From contig NW_027117349.1 in assembly GCF_038025025.1 (NCBI RefSeq), positions 930,001 through 994,000 on the forward strand: 64,000 nucleotides of DNA, written 5' to 3'. The stretch comes from Phyllosticta citribraziliensis (taxonomy: Eukaryota). The position numbers and the translations under genes are program-made. The notes beneath the pieces were generated by a model. It was not told the DNA's origin and searched no databases. It saw nothing but the letters and a program-made list of their open reading frames with translations. Positions 10,631-24,006 of the stretch are shown here, piece after piece. The first letter of the stretch is position 1. Every line of letters begins with the position of its first letter.

Positions 10631-12534
10631 CACCTAGCCTCCATCAGATTACTACTCCGTAGGATGTATCACGACGTTTTGGGCCTTCCGGCTTCATATC
10701 TGATGCATCTCCCCAGGCCGCGCCTGTGTTTCGAGTTGGGGCTGTGCATTCATGCCTCCAACTCTCAACTTCAAACCTGCACCTCAAGTCAAAGCGGTTG
10801 CTCGCCTCGTTCCGCCAGCCGAGCCGCTACAATGCCCAACCACAATTCGCCGGGGCACCTGTTCGGCTGTTGATGAGGGCATCTCTGGCCTTTTCTCGCA
10901 CGACTCAGGAGATTGCCGGGCACAAGGCCTCTATGGGCTGAACACGGGCACTAAATCTCCTGAAAATCGGAGCCATGGCCACCAACTCGGGCCCACTCGT
11001 CTCGAACGTCATTTCATTGGGTGGATGGCGGCGGGAGCTTGCGGCTTCATTGTTCGTAAAAGCTTCTGGAAGTAGCCTGGCAGCGTTCTTGAAGCTCGCT
11101 TTGGACGGGCCGAATCTCGTGTCCACCAACGGTTGATGTGGCGATCGACGCGAGAGCCGTTCTGCGCATCTGCCCTACACGCTCGGGCATGGAGCGTTTG
11201 GCTGAATGGGGCATAGTAACATGTTCTTCAAATGAGACGAGCTGCTCAGTGCGTGAACAACTGACTGCACCGGCCGTATGGAAAGGCTCAGGCCAGCTTC
11301 TGGAAGGGTGATGGAAACTAGAAACACGCACGGTGTTGACAAGAGGGTTGCAGTAGCCCTGACTCTTCTGATGCCGCCCAAAGCACGCCGACTGTTCAGT
11401 GTCAGCGTCGGACAAGGTTGCGGCAGCAAACCCTATCTTTGCCAATGAGTCGATACGACGCAGTGATGTCAAACATGTAAAGGATTCGAGAAATTGGCAA
11501 ACCGGATTCGCAGAGTGGCATTGCGTTGGAGCAAGGGAAAGAAGTCTGCCCAAACGAGGTGGTACCTTCGTGGCCGCTGTATATCCGAGTTCAGGGGGGC
11601 GGTCAATCATTTGGGAAGGCTCTACGTCAAGACTCTCTTGATAGTCGACCGACTGCGTTTGGCGGTGGAGGCTTGTGTAGCTGTGCAGGGCGGCCGTTTA
11701 CAACCAAGGTCATTTGGCCAGCCGGAAGCAGTCGAGGCATCTGCGAGGTGTTCCACGATTGGAAACGGCATGTAGATTGACGAACAGCGGCTACTGTACG
11801 AAATTCCCGGTTCAAAAGTCCATCTTTTTCTGGAGCCTAGCCTGGCCCTGTGCAACGGCCGTCCCGCGAAGGCGGCATCTGGATCCGTGTTCCCCGACGA
11901 GGCCAGGTAGCACAACAGCTTGGTTCCCTGCCGGTCCTGGGACTCGTTCAGTCTGGCAATGCGAGATGCAATCAGTGGTGCGTGGGCGTTTGGCAGAAAA
12001 TTCTAGACGGCATCCCGCGAGAAAACAGCCGTGCATCGCAGATTGCTCCACTGGGCCACCCGTAATTTGTGATGATCGTGGGGGCTTGCTGGGGGATCAA
12101 ACGGGCTGATGGAGACAAACGGCCGCTCTGTAGGATCGGCGCGACAGTCAGGGGAGACCCAGGGAGGCAGGTGAAGAAGGCAAGCTGGGACTCGAGTGAA
12201 ACGTCAGCGCAATCGTTTCTCCAGCTGCGACGCAAGGTCGAAGAGAGGTAGTTGTCGGTAGAGGCTGAAAATGGACCTGGGCTGGCTGTAACGTTGGCGG
12301 TGCATATGCACGACGCCTCCTTTTCACACTCCACTTCCCACGTGTGGTCCGGGATGACGTCTGCTGCGAAGTTGATCGCTTTTTGCTCATCCCTGTGTTC
12401 GCTTCCGCGCGCTTGGAAGGACGATGCAGAGCTAACGAAGCCTCCGAACCGTTCGCAGCGCTTCCGCCCATCCCCGCAGCGCAGCAGGGCTGAAGGGGAA
12501 AGGCTGATTGACAAGGGGAGAGCAGGAAGAGAGG

Positions 12535-12554
12535 AAAAAAAAAAAAAAAAAAAA
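12535..12554. repeat. Poly(A)20 tract
   Basis: 20 consecutive A in intergenic DNA. Confidence 0.9.
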
Positions 12555-14152
12555 GAACCAACGACCCCAAGACGCGCAAGGAACCCGGTCCCAAAACAAG
12601 CTCTCCTGGCCGCCCAACTCTGCCCGTCGGCGTCGCTCGCTGCCCGTTGATTGCCCGTCGCGGAGTCTGATCCGTTCAAAAAAGTTATTGCTTCACAAAC
12701 ATGCCCAACACCACCCCGTTAGACAGGCTGAGCCTGAAAGTGGCAGCGTCTCGAATGATGGAGCGCCAATTGCTGCGTCATGTTTCAGTAGTGTGCCGTG
12801 GGTCATGTTCAACCGCTCTGATTGCCGTCCGAAAATGAGACCGATTCCTGGGGTAGATTCGCAAATGGCGCAGTCGTCAGTCAATGCGTGGTGGTTTGCA
12901 TGTCTTTTGTTTTTGTTCCTGTCCTGCCTTGCAGAGAGCCTTGTCGGAAGGATAGGCGCAGCTTGCTCCGCGGAAGGCTTGCATGCGCATCCGCAGTGGG
13001 TGCGATCAAAAAAAGAGACTGAGATCTGAGGACAAGAATGTGACACGACAAGGAAAAACCGGGTTGGGGATTGCTTTTTTGCTGAAAGGGCAGGGCAATG
13101 GTTGACGCGCGTTGGTTTGCACGGCGGCAGACAGGGCACCAACAGACATGGACGTGACTCGCAAGTCGAGCTGCCAGCAACCTTAATGCGGCCTCGGCTC
13201 GGACTCCTGATCCGCGCCTTTAGCCGTCCGCTGTGGTGTGCTCTGACTTCAGGCACGGGGCGCGTTGATGAAGAGTCCAACGGTGGTGAGTAAGGTAGAT
13301 ACCTGAGGTGGGCTGCTAGCCACCACGGCAGCCAGTGGGCAGGCCAAGCCGCCGTCCAGTGCTCGTCTCGTCGTCGCCGCCCAAGTCAATATCAAGACAT
13401 GTCGACCTCAGCCAAGTGGCTTGCCGCTGGGTGCCAAACAGGATGCGACATAGACATGTTCCGTTCGCTGCCATAGCATCAATGCGCCGGCGCGGCGAGA
13501 GCGTTGTTCATGCCAGGTACGATACGGCAAGCCAGGGGCATCCCTCCCGCTGGGACTTTTGGAACATCTGTGCCGTCGATCCCCTTGCCAGAAATTATGG
13601 CTTCTGCGCAGCAGGGTCTCCTTTGAAACAGCCCGAAGAGCCGTCGGCCGGCACGTCATGTCATGTCGCTGCGAAATGCGTCCAAATTTCATTTGTCTCT
13701 CGCTTCCCGCCAAGTGCTTTTGGCCCAGGACCAGGAAAGGGGGCCTTCTCTATAACTACCCGCGCTGCCCTTTCTCCACCCGTTCTTGGATTCTACTACC
13801 TATCCAAACCCACCTCACCTCGCCTCGCCTCGCCGTGTCTACTCTACGACACTCCCGTCCGTCCGTCCGTCCTCTTCGCCCGGCCAAGTGCCCCCTTTGC
13901 TGCCTCTCGCCCTTGGCGCCCACCTCTTACACCCACTACGCTCTTGCTTTGCGCCGCGGCACCACCACCCCGTCGTTTTGATACTCCCGCACCAGCCCGG
14001 CTCTCCCTCCAATCCCGTCACTTGGACACCCTCGCACCACCCTACCCCCGGCTATATTTCCCACTCCTGCTTCGTAAGTCTCAGCTCCGGCTGACGGCCC
14101 TCTCTCGACCGGCTGGGCGCTGACCTTTTTAAAGCTCGCCTTCTCCGCCATC

Positions 14153-14254
14153 ATGATTACTCGGGAATCCTCCGCCATTGCGACCAACATGGGCCGTGGT
14201 GCCTACGACACGACGGGCGCGCCCAAGCCTCCTCCGCCAAAGAAGAGGAGATGA
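14153..14254 (+). CDS. Candidate micropeptide MITRESSAIATN-MGRGAYDTTGAPKPPPPKKRR (33 aa; 21 aa from the second ATG at 14189)
   Basis: TATAA at 13751, pyrimidine-rich leader, canonical intron 14074-14134 upstream and 14400-14461 downstream. Both ATGs have A at -3 (ATCATG, AACATG). Confidence 0.55.
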   Translation: MITRESSAIATNMGRGAYDTTGAPKPPPPKKRR

Positions 14255-15782
14255 AGACCGACTCCCCACCAATCGTCTCCCAGCAATTGCTCTCCAGCGC
14301 CTCCTCACACTCCGCGGGCGTGGGTGATTTTTTTCCGTCGTCGCCGCTGCGAGCTGCCCGTTGCTGGCCGGAAGCCCGAGGGACGGCTGCTTGTGAATCG
14401 TAAGACTCGGTTCGCCTGTCAAGCGACGACACCTTGCATGCTGACGACTATCCCTGCGCAGGCGAGCCGCCTCCCTCGCTCCCGTCTACCCTTTTTCCTC
14501 CTCGTCTCCAGCGGGCGCCTCACTTTGACGGCACCGCCGCGCTTCCTACGATCTTTGTAATACCACCACTTGCGAATACCTTCCGACATGTTTAATACCC
14601 CACATCGAGCGATTGTTATGCTGGCGCTTGCTGCATCGGCCTCGACACGAGACGTCCGGCCCTGTATTACTATTTTGGAGGCGGCCCTCCTTGCTTTTTT
14701 CTCATGCCAAAAGTGTTTCATCTGGCGTTATATTAGATGATTGGGGGTTTTTGCTCACGCAAAGGGATACCAAAATTCGAAGTTGGTTCTGCTGTTCCAG
14801 TCTGCACGCACGCATTTTGCTACTTGGAGCCCGATTTTTGGACCCAACAAGGCATAGACCTGAACCACCGGGGGACTGGCGCACGGCGCAAGAATGATGG
14901 ATGGAATGGCGCTGAACAACGGCCAAGGCATTTGGAGCAGGCGTGGCTTGCTTGCTTGCTTGCTCGACTTGCTACATAGCCACTCTGGAAGAAAGTGTAT
15001 TACTAGACTACTCTACTTTTGGCGCACACCAGGAGGCGGTGAGATAGAAACATGGAATAATCACGATTTGCATTCTCGGCAGCAAACAAGGGCTCCTTGG
15101 AGAGAGGTGATTGATCCTCGTACTGGCGACTGGACCCCGGACCGTGGGCCCTGCATGGTGAGGTGGTTACACACAGGGCTGCATCGGATGGGTGCTCCCG
15201 CAGGTCGTTGTCGGCGCTCCGCTCCCGCGACTGCGGCGTCATCCGAGTCGGGACAAGCGACGGTGCTGAGGGCGAGAGAGTCGTCCAAGGCACCTGGATG
15301 GCGACCCGTTTCCCGGTCAGCAAAAGGAAGCAATCGAGCAAAAGGAAAAAGTCGCGCATCCGTCTCGTCTGGGGAGTGCCGCGCCGCGCTGAGCCCTTGC
15401 TTGTGCGACAAGTCGGAGTGCTGTCTCGACCTGCCTCTAGTGTCTGTTGAGGCGTCGGCTTGGCGCTCCCGCTGCGCTGAGGTTAGGTACCTTACGGTAG
15501 CGCCCGGCCCCGCTGCTTCCTTAGCTGCCCAGGGCTGTACCTTAGCTTGACGGCGTCACCGCCCGCGCTGACCTCACCACGGCGTTGCTCCCATCTCTCC
15601 TGCCTACCACCCACGCCATCCTGTCGACAAACGGCCAACATCTCGCCCTGCCTCCCTCTCGTACGCCGCCCGACACCGCCAAATCGCGCCCCTCTCGTCT
15701 GTCTCATCTCACCTGCCACGAAGAAAACCGCCTTCGGCAACCGTCGTATCCCCCCCCAAGCTCCCTGCACCCTCGACCCACC

Positions 15783-17255
15783 ATGTCGCAGCTCAACTGG
15801 CGGACCATCAACATCGATGCTCTGGACCCGGACTCGCCGGCCAACTTCGACATGGCCACCATGGCCCCGACCGTCGTCCCCGTCTCCACCCCGGACGTCC
15901 AGACTCTGGCCGGCCAGGTTCGCCAGCTGCTCAGGGGCGGCGACAGCGAGGGCGCGCTGAGGGGAGCCCTGGAGAATGCGCCCTACGGGGCTGATCAGCA
16001 AGGGAAGGTGAGTGATGGCAGGCTCCTTTTGGGCTATTGAATATTCAATTCGAGATATGGAGAGGGGTCAAAAAATGACACGCCCGCCCTGTCTGGGGAA
16101 GAGCAAGAATGCCATGGCGCGCTGGACGCGATGAAAAAAGGGTGGAAAGATGCCAGACTTGATCGCGACAGACAGGAATCTGGCTGCACTGTCTGCGCCA
16201 TGTTCGCCGTCTTTGGTTGTCGCTGTTGCCTGGTTGGAAGCATCCGTGATAGAAGCGGCGCTAACATTGCACCCGCTCACAGGACATTCACTCCGCCACC
16301 GTCATCGAGGTCCTCCAATCCATCCGCCAGTCGGAAATGTCACCTATTTTGAGCAGAATATACCAATCCGAGGGCGGCTCGGAAGTGTTGGACACCTTGA
16401 TGAAGTACCTGTACGTCTGCCGCGTTTCAGCACCGAACACTCAGCATCACGCGTCAAACTCTATATTCTCCTGCATACCTCGATTGCCACTTTAGACATT
16501 CATTGACTAATTCCCCCCTAGTTACAAGGGCATGGCCTCGGTGCAGCCCTCGGGCTCCAAGCAAAATCTCACCCCTCAGCCCACTGGCTTCTCACAAGTG
16601 TCTGGGCGCAACTTTGGAGCTGGCGATGGCGGTCAGTCGATGAGCGTGTTGCTGAGCTGGCACGAAAAGGTACGTGCCTTGATTCTCATTTTCCCATTTC
16701 AGCATCCGCCTTCCCAATCCATCACCAAGGCATCCCATCCACAGCGCCATCGTGCCGGTTCCGGCATGGTTTTGCCCGCCCCTTGGCCGAGCCGCTACAC
16801 AGACGACCCAATGAAGATGATGACTCTCGTAAACGGCAAGTTGGCGGTGCTTGGTGCATCTGGCGGGGTTTGGCGCTGGCTGGCGCCGTGTGCAAGGTCA
16901 GAGTGGGGTACTTTGTGCTTGGGTCGTGGCTTTCTTCATGCCACTTTCAACCGGCTTGCTTGCCGTGCGCTTTCGACCCGACAGAACGGTGATACAGCGA
17001 CGGCTGAACGGGTGGGCGGGCCCTCGTCTGCCCCGGCCGCAGCGTTCCAGCCTCCGCCTGGGTGGATGAACCGTTCCACCCACTGACTCAGGCGCCTTTT
17101 CGTCTCACGTCCACTGCAACCTCTTTGTCTCAACGCTTTGCACTCTTGTTCAAACCTCGCAACAACAGACTAACGCATGCTGTGCGCTATAGACTGTCGA
17201 GATTGCGGGCCTTGGAAGCATCGCTCGCGTCATGGCTGACAGGCGCACCGTCTAA
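15783..17255 (+). CDS. ARC15: Arp2/3 complex subunit 5 (ARPC5/p16)
   Basis: Exons 15783-16007, 16283-16410, 16522-16669, 17193-17255. Reads NWRTINIDALDP..GALRGALENAPYG..DTLMKYLYKGM..LLSWHEK|TVEIAGLGSIARVMADRRTV. Confidence 0.95.
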
Positions 17256-18804
17256 TCGCGCGCTTGGCCCGTCTTGTCCCAAGACAAAACAATATTCATC
17301 TTTGCAGGCCGATGTATCGCGTCCCCACGCCTCGTCTCATCGCCACATATGATGCGCATGAGCTAACAAGGGCATGCCAGCTTTGCGAAATATCCAAAAC
17401 ACTGGAGTGCAAAAGAAACTGACTGCAAGAGACAGCGCGAGAAAGGATGGGAAAAGTATCGACCACGACGTCGACAGCACAGATACCAAATCTACGCATG
17501 TAGTGGTGCGTATCCGAAACGAATCATCAATGGACATCACGTCGTGCCTGATTTTCCTTTCTGTCCTTCTGAGTTATCTCACTTGCGACTATGCTGCGAC
17601 TCCAATTCTGAGTGTTTGAAGTGCGACACTTTTATGTCGATTGGGTTGCATTGAGGGCGTGCCCGTGCCAGCGTCCCTTTCCCTGGTATCTGGCTCCAAC
17701 TTTCCACATTATCAACTAACCAAGCCGACTCCCCTTCAGAGTGAATGTGCAACATTGCTAATAGGTAGAAGCTACTGGAACGTCGCACCGACTAATACCA
17801 TCCGAAGGTTGCTATCAAAGTCGTGTCACATACCTTGTATGAACGGCTGAATCGAGAGTATTCTCATTGCTACAGGAGCGCATGCAAAAAGCATTCGGAC
17901 CCTTACCCATAGTAGGGGCAAGAAACAATGGAGAACCAGTCCAACGAGCTTTGGCATCAAGCCCCCCTGATCGCGCTCCATCTCGGGCCATGGCTCCGTG
18001 TCTAGCACTAGAAGTGCTATTGACGGAAATTCTCTTCAATAGCCTGCAGCCAGCCACCAAATTGGTAGACCCGAAGGCATCGTCCGAAGGCATCGTCATT
18101 TATCTCACGCGAGCGCGCGGACCCATCTCGTCGAAAAGAAAACAAAGTCGCCCACGTTAACTAGCCAGCCAGACGGGTGCGTGGGTTGTCGCGCATGCGC
18201 AAAACCGCCGCCATCGCATGCATCGCGTACAGCACGAACCGAGCCGATCGCGCCGCCTTGCGCCACTCCGTTATTCAATCGACATATCGCCGCCCACATG
18301 AAGGAGAGCACGCCCGGGACGAGGGTTCCGCAAGTACGTTTGCGCTCTATCTGGTTCATGGACCCCAAATCTCTCTCTCCTCTGGACCAATAGCGGACGG
18401 CCGAATAGCCACAGCCGCAGCTCCCCCGTGAAGAAAAAGAAACGGCCCCCCCTGACGACGTGGTCGGGGCGCGGAGAAAAAGAAAGAGTGATGATTGAGG
18501 TGACATGTCACTTTTTTTGTGGGATGAGAGAGGGAGAGACTCTGCTTGCTTTGTCTGCAGCCACTACTGCGGCCACGGCGTCCACCACACCACCACGACC
18601 ATGTGTTGGCGCCGCCGCCGCCGCCCCCGATGCTGCCCCCTGCCAACGGCACTTCATCACCACCACGGCATACAGTACATGCATGATGGCTTGATGCGTC
18701 GCCGCCGCCCGGGCCAGGACAGGGAACGGTAGGGCAGGGTAAGGCGGAGGCGGAGGCGGAGGAGGCGCGGAGGAGGCGCCCACGCTTTGTTCGCTACACC
18801 ACAA

Positions 18805-18819
18805 CGCGCGCGCGCGCGC
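18805..18819. repeat. (CG)7 alternating tract
   Basis: CGCGCGCGCGCGCGC, next to a (GGCGGA)n run at about 18743-18770. Confidence 0.85.
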
Positions 18820-21687
18820 TCTGGCGCCATCTCATCGCGGCATGCACGCCACTTCATGCCCACGCCGCCACACTAGATCACACACTCCCCCGGCCGTCTG
18901 TCTGTATGTCCGCCGTTCATCATCGGCGACGACGCCATCCCGCTGTCCCGCCATCCTGGCTACCGACGAACCCAGTAACCGACGACTTTTTTGGAGCAGC
19001 ATCGCGATGTGATGGAATCGAATCGAGACGGGCGCGCCGTCCCTTCCGTCTTCCCCGTCCCAGTCCCACTCTCTGGGTTTCTCTTTCAGCCCCCTCCCGC
19101 ACTCCCGCTTTGACTCTAGCTAGTTAGCCCGACCCAGCTCGCCTCGTCGACCCAGCTGCAGCATGTGTGTGGGTTGGATCATCCATGATCCCCGCTCCTG
19201 GTGCCTGGGTGAGGCGAGCATCCGTCCGTCTTTTGTCTGAAGCAGGAAGTTGTTTGACGGGGGAAGCCGTCGGCGCGAGCGGCGCGCTCGCCTGTCGCCG
19301 GGCCGCTCCCCTTGTCGGGCCAAATGAATGGGACGAGGCGAGGCGAGGTGTCAGAACTGCGGCGGTGGTGGTGCTGGTTCACAATGTGTTGTCGGCTGTG
19401 GGTGAAACGAAAGTGAATGGGGAGCTCAAGCTAGATACCTGGGTAGTCTACTTGCCTACCTTGAATCAGAACAACCAAGCAGAGCCAGGGCAAGCAGCTC
19501 GCGGGTAGCCAACCGTGGTGGATGCACACGTTGTAGTGCAACAACAGACTCAAGCCGCGCCGCACTCCCCGGCCATCTTCAACGCGTGAACGCCATCATG
19601 GCTGAGGTATGTCTCCCGCCAGCAGCGCGATCGCCTCTCCATCTCCATCGCCGCACGCATCAATCGCGCGCATCCAGAACATGACATGCATGCATGCATG
19701 CATCCCAGCAATCCGACCGGCCGATGAGCAACAGCTCCGCGCGCACCCAGTCGAGTCCGCAAAAGCAATACGCCACAGAAAGGAAAAGAAAAAGGAAAGA
19801 AGAAGGAGCGTGGCAAGGGCAACGAAATAGAGCGGGTGCTGGTGCCCTGACGCCCTGGTCGCGGAGCTGGTGCAGCGGAGGGAGTACCAGTAACGGCTTT
19901 TGGTGGCGCAGGAAGGAGAAGAAGAAGAAAGTGGGGGGTTTGGCTGGGTGAGGGGAAATGGGAAATAGAAAACAGGAAATAGAAAATGAAACTGAAGGGA
20001 GGCGGGGGAAAAACGATAAAAATAAGGAAAAGGACTTGAGCGAAGCTACGCGCAGCACTTTTGCACAATCAGCGGGAAGCCATTCAGTCAGTCGGTCAGC
20101 TCACTAAATGTTTGCAAATAGTACCTTGAACAATGCTCCGTCTGATGGCTGCGTGCCTGCTTTTACGTCCGTACCATTTTCCAATGCACAGAGAAAAGGA
20201 CAACCCCCCCCAACTCGCTCTACTTCGTGTTTATTCAATGCGTGCAAAAATAGTTGGTCGTATGCTCTAGATACACAAACTAGCCTTTAGGGGGCGCGGG
20301 ACCCGTTGTATTAGTGCTATCCGTTTATCTGGCACCTAACGATTGTGTAGTGTGGCGTGGCGTGGCGCTGCGAATGGGCTTCCACGCGAGCGAGGGAGGC
20401 AGTCTAGATTTGTGAGTTAGGAACCAGTTTGCTTGTACATTGCATTTTCGTTGGTGACGGGCTTCTGTGAAGTACAATGCTGTGTCATTTGCGAAGTGAT
20501 TTGTAGACATTGGCCCGTCCTCTCAGGTCGACTGTATGTCGTCTTCTCGTCAGACTTCGCTGATTCTTTGTGGGAAAAGTACATTGCAGCATTTGCAAGT
20601 GTGGCGATTTCATTCCCCATGAATTTGAGAACCATGCGAGCAGATTTAGGGCAAGCAGCGATGGAGTGCCGAAGGATGCCGCAGGACCAGTCTTGATTTT
20701 GATGGCAATGGCCTATCTAATATGCCTCGATGCATGAATCCTGGTAGCCCGTCGTCCGGGAAGTCGACGCTCTTGTTTCCTCAAGCTAACCGGAAATGGT
20801 CGAGTTTGCTTGCCGGCCAAACTCTGTCCAAATGTATGTACGAATGGTCGAGAGCAGCGGAAGTGAGGGGCAGGTTGGCGCACCCAGGTCGTGGAAGGTG
20901 AAGCTGGCTGTGCGCGCAAACTTGGATCTGGAAGAGTGGAGTGGGAAGATTGCAGTCGGGCACACAAAGGTGGAGTCGAAAGAAGGTGTGTGGCCAAGAG
21001 CGGACAAGGGCGGCTAAGCTAACTTGGCGAGCGGCAGTGGCTCTGTTATCTGCAGAAGTCCAGTACAGGTGCCTGCGCTAGGGTGACGAGTGGCTGGTCA
21101 GCACGTCAGCAGCGAAGGAGACATGGACGTCGACGGGTGGTGGATCGACGTTTCCAGGGTTCCATAAGGGACCAAGATGGACCAAGATGGCCCTTCTGCT
21201 AGCGTCCCGCGTCTTGTTTCGCCCTCCGCGACGCGCCCCGACGCGCAATCCATGTCCCTCCGTCACGTTGACGGGCTCTGTGAAAAAGTTTTGCGGTTGA
21301 ATTTTCTTGGTAAAGGGTCGTCGTTGGTGGTGTTGTCATGGATGCGGGTTGATGGGTGGAGACTGGAAACGGCGATCATGACGAGGGCAGGTTGCCCGGA
21401 TCTCCGCCTCTGTCGTCATAGCTTGGTCCCGCCGCCGGCAGTCACCACTGCACCAACCGTCCACAACGTCAGACCCTGACCACGCCCGACTTAACTTCGA
21501 CCCAATTCTCGACTCTCGCCATACCTCCTCATCTCTCCACCATCCATCGACATCTCCATTCCGCGCACTTCTCCCTCTGTGCGCCCCTCCATTCCATCTC
21601 TGCCATTGATTCTTTGTTTGGCCTGCGCCAATCTGCTCGCATCTCCACCTCCCGCCCCCGAGACATACCAAATCATCACCACTCGCC

Positions 21688-22762
21688 ATGGCACCCGTAA
21701 TCTGGGGTCTCGATCTCAAGGAGATGCAATGGGGCAAGTTCAAGAGTGGATACATGTGGAACACCGACTACCACCTGCGTCGCACAAAGTTCATCGTCTA
21801 CCAGCTCGCAATGATTCTCTGCGTCGTGTCTGAGTCGCTAGGAACAGCAGTTCTCTCAGGCAAGTCTCACGCCTTTCCATTCCTCGCCCTCGAGAGAACT
21901 TATCCCTCTACTACAACATCCCTCTCCCACCCCGTACTGCAACATCAGTGAATGCCAGTCAACTAACCGCCCATCAACAGACTACCTGAACGAGCAGCGC
22001 TTCATCGAGGGCGCCCATCCAGGTGTACGTGTCCACAACAACGACTACGTTGGTGCTGGTAGCTACAACATCTTCGTCGGCGTCTTTGTCGCCTTCATCT
22101 TCGGCTCCGCCTTCTTCTTCGACCTGTTCTGGCCGGAGCGCCGCGAGATTCCCGGTGTCCGCAAGGCCTGGAGAATCACATCGGTCCTTTCGTGCGCCTT
22201 TACACTGTCCAGCGCCATCGTGTTTACCGTCATCACCGCGACGCGTAGTGTGCACATCACGGGTGTTTCTGCTGCCCGCGGCCAGGAACTCGCTTCGCAG
22301 TGGCCAAAGAACAAGACGAACCCTCTCTTGTACCGCAAGAACCCGCGTGCCGTTGCATCCATTGTATTCTTGTGGATAGGCACCCTGTTTACATGGGTCA
22401 GGTAAGCTTCGCCCCTAGATAATCATCACTTTCCAAGCTAATCCGCCTGCAGCACCGTCATCCTTTACCTCTCACTTTCGCACGATGAGAAGCTCGGCCC
22501 CAAATCAGGTCACGCTCGCGACGCCGAAAAAGCATCCGTCGCATCCGACAGCGCCGCCACTGACCCGACTTCGGCTCCCGCTCATGCCACACCCGCTGCC
22601 GCTGCTCCCGGAGCAGCCCGCGGTCACTCTCCTGTCACGGATGTCGACGGCACGACGGTATCTTCGGAGCGCGGTGTCAGGAGCATGGATGTAGAGAAGG
22701 ATCACGAGGCGGGCATCAGGAACGAGTCCGCACTTCAGTCGAATCCTCCCGCGGCGTATTAG
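21688..22762 (+). CDS. Uncharacterised four-TM membrane protein
   Basis: Exons 21688-21859, 21981-22401, 22453-22762; intron 1 is GC-AG. Four hydrophobic segments (FIVYQLAMILCVV, NIFVGVFVAFIFGSAFFF, VLSCAFTLSSAIVFTVI, VASIVFLWIGTLFTWVSTVILYL) and a low-complexity tail. Confidence 0.85.
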
Positions 22763-24006
22763 AGGAAAAGACCAAACAACCGTGTCAGTCATGGCACGGA
22801 TAGATGCTCTCACTCTTTCGACCGTGTGCGGCAGAGGCGCGCGGTGACGGGGACGAGGAGCAGAGAGCGAGGAGGAAGTACCCCATTACTTTGCATAAAC
22901 GAGGCGTCGGTTAGACAGCAGCAGTCATGATACCCTAATGAAGAATACCCCTATTGTCACCACGAACAGGCGCCGAAGGAAGTGAGAGACGGAAGAAGCA
23001 GACCGCGCATTTTTCTTATCCATGCATTGCGAGCGGCGAGCTTGTGCATTGAGCGCTTTGGTCATGCGTCTACGGGTTACGCGTTACGAATCACTATTAT
23101 TGTACAACATCTTTTCTTTCGGTTTGAGCTTGTCTTTTGCGGGTTGCGGTATTGGCGGAGTGTTTGGCGGGTTATGGCACGGCATGGCCGTACAAGAGCG
23201 CTGCTATGTCGCTTTGGCGATAATAGAAAGAAAGACCTTTTTTTTTACTTGCCTTTTTAATGAGCTTGAGTGATTGATAGTTTCGCCTTGATTTGCACCT
23301 ACCATGCTAGTCATTCATTGTTTGTTCTGGTCTACTCGTGTTCAACATTCCGTTGCATTGTTGTGGTGTGCTAGGTAGCTCCTCCTGAATGAGCAGGTGC
23401 TGGGTGGATGCTGCGTGATTAATATAACTGCCTTCTGCTCTACTTTCGCCCAGGCAGGTAGGCATTTGAATGCTCCTCTTTGCCTGCCGACGACGGCTTG
23501 AGGAGACTTGGTTGGACCTTCCTCTTGATCAATGAGACTATACACTACCTGTACATGGCGTCTTTTGATCCTCGGTTGTTGACCTGTACTCATTGTGCCA
23601 CATTTCATCACCGGGGATTCCTTCGTTTCCAAAGAAGTAGATACTAGATAGTAAGAGTTGCGTCGTCCACAAAGACGTTCCGTAGATTGGAGGGTCTTAC
23701 AGTTGCAAACAAAGCGCAATCTAGGGTGTTTGTGTGGATTCAGGGGTAGTTTTGCAGTGCCATTCGCTTCTCGAAGCGCCATGTATTTCGACTCGTTGAC
23801 TACACTCTTCAAAACAGACGCCATTTCTAATCCAATCTCCAACAGTGACACTAGAACATGGACTCATTGAATCGACAAAGGAAAAACAGATCCAAAAATC
23901 AAAGTCAAACGCCGCGCATGTTTGCCCCTGAAAACTGCCTCTTCGCTGCCACCGTGCACCAGCCCACCGGGCTTCCTCCAGTGGGATCTCATTCAGGCTC
24001 CTCTCT

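Noticed and set aside
11047..12679. 187-aa and 235-aa minus-strand ORFs
   Set aside because: No motifs; the longer one translates a homopolymer tract; no supported gene model.
16743..17095. ARPC5 intron as U3, RNase P/MRP or snR30
   Set aside because: Diagnostic elements (U3 box A, P4 consensus, snR30 m1/m2 motifs) were not found.
17400..21600. Long gene-free interval as TE remnant or lncRNA
   Set aside because: Only microsatellites and short ORFs; no terminal repeats, transposase fragments or coherent splice chain that I could support.
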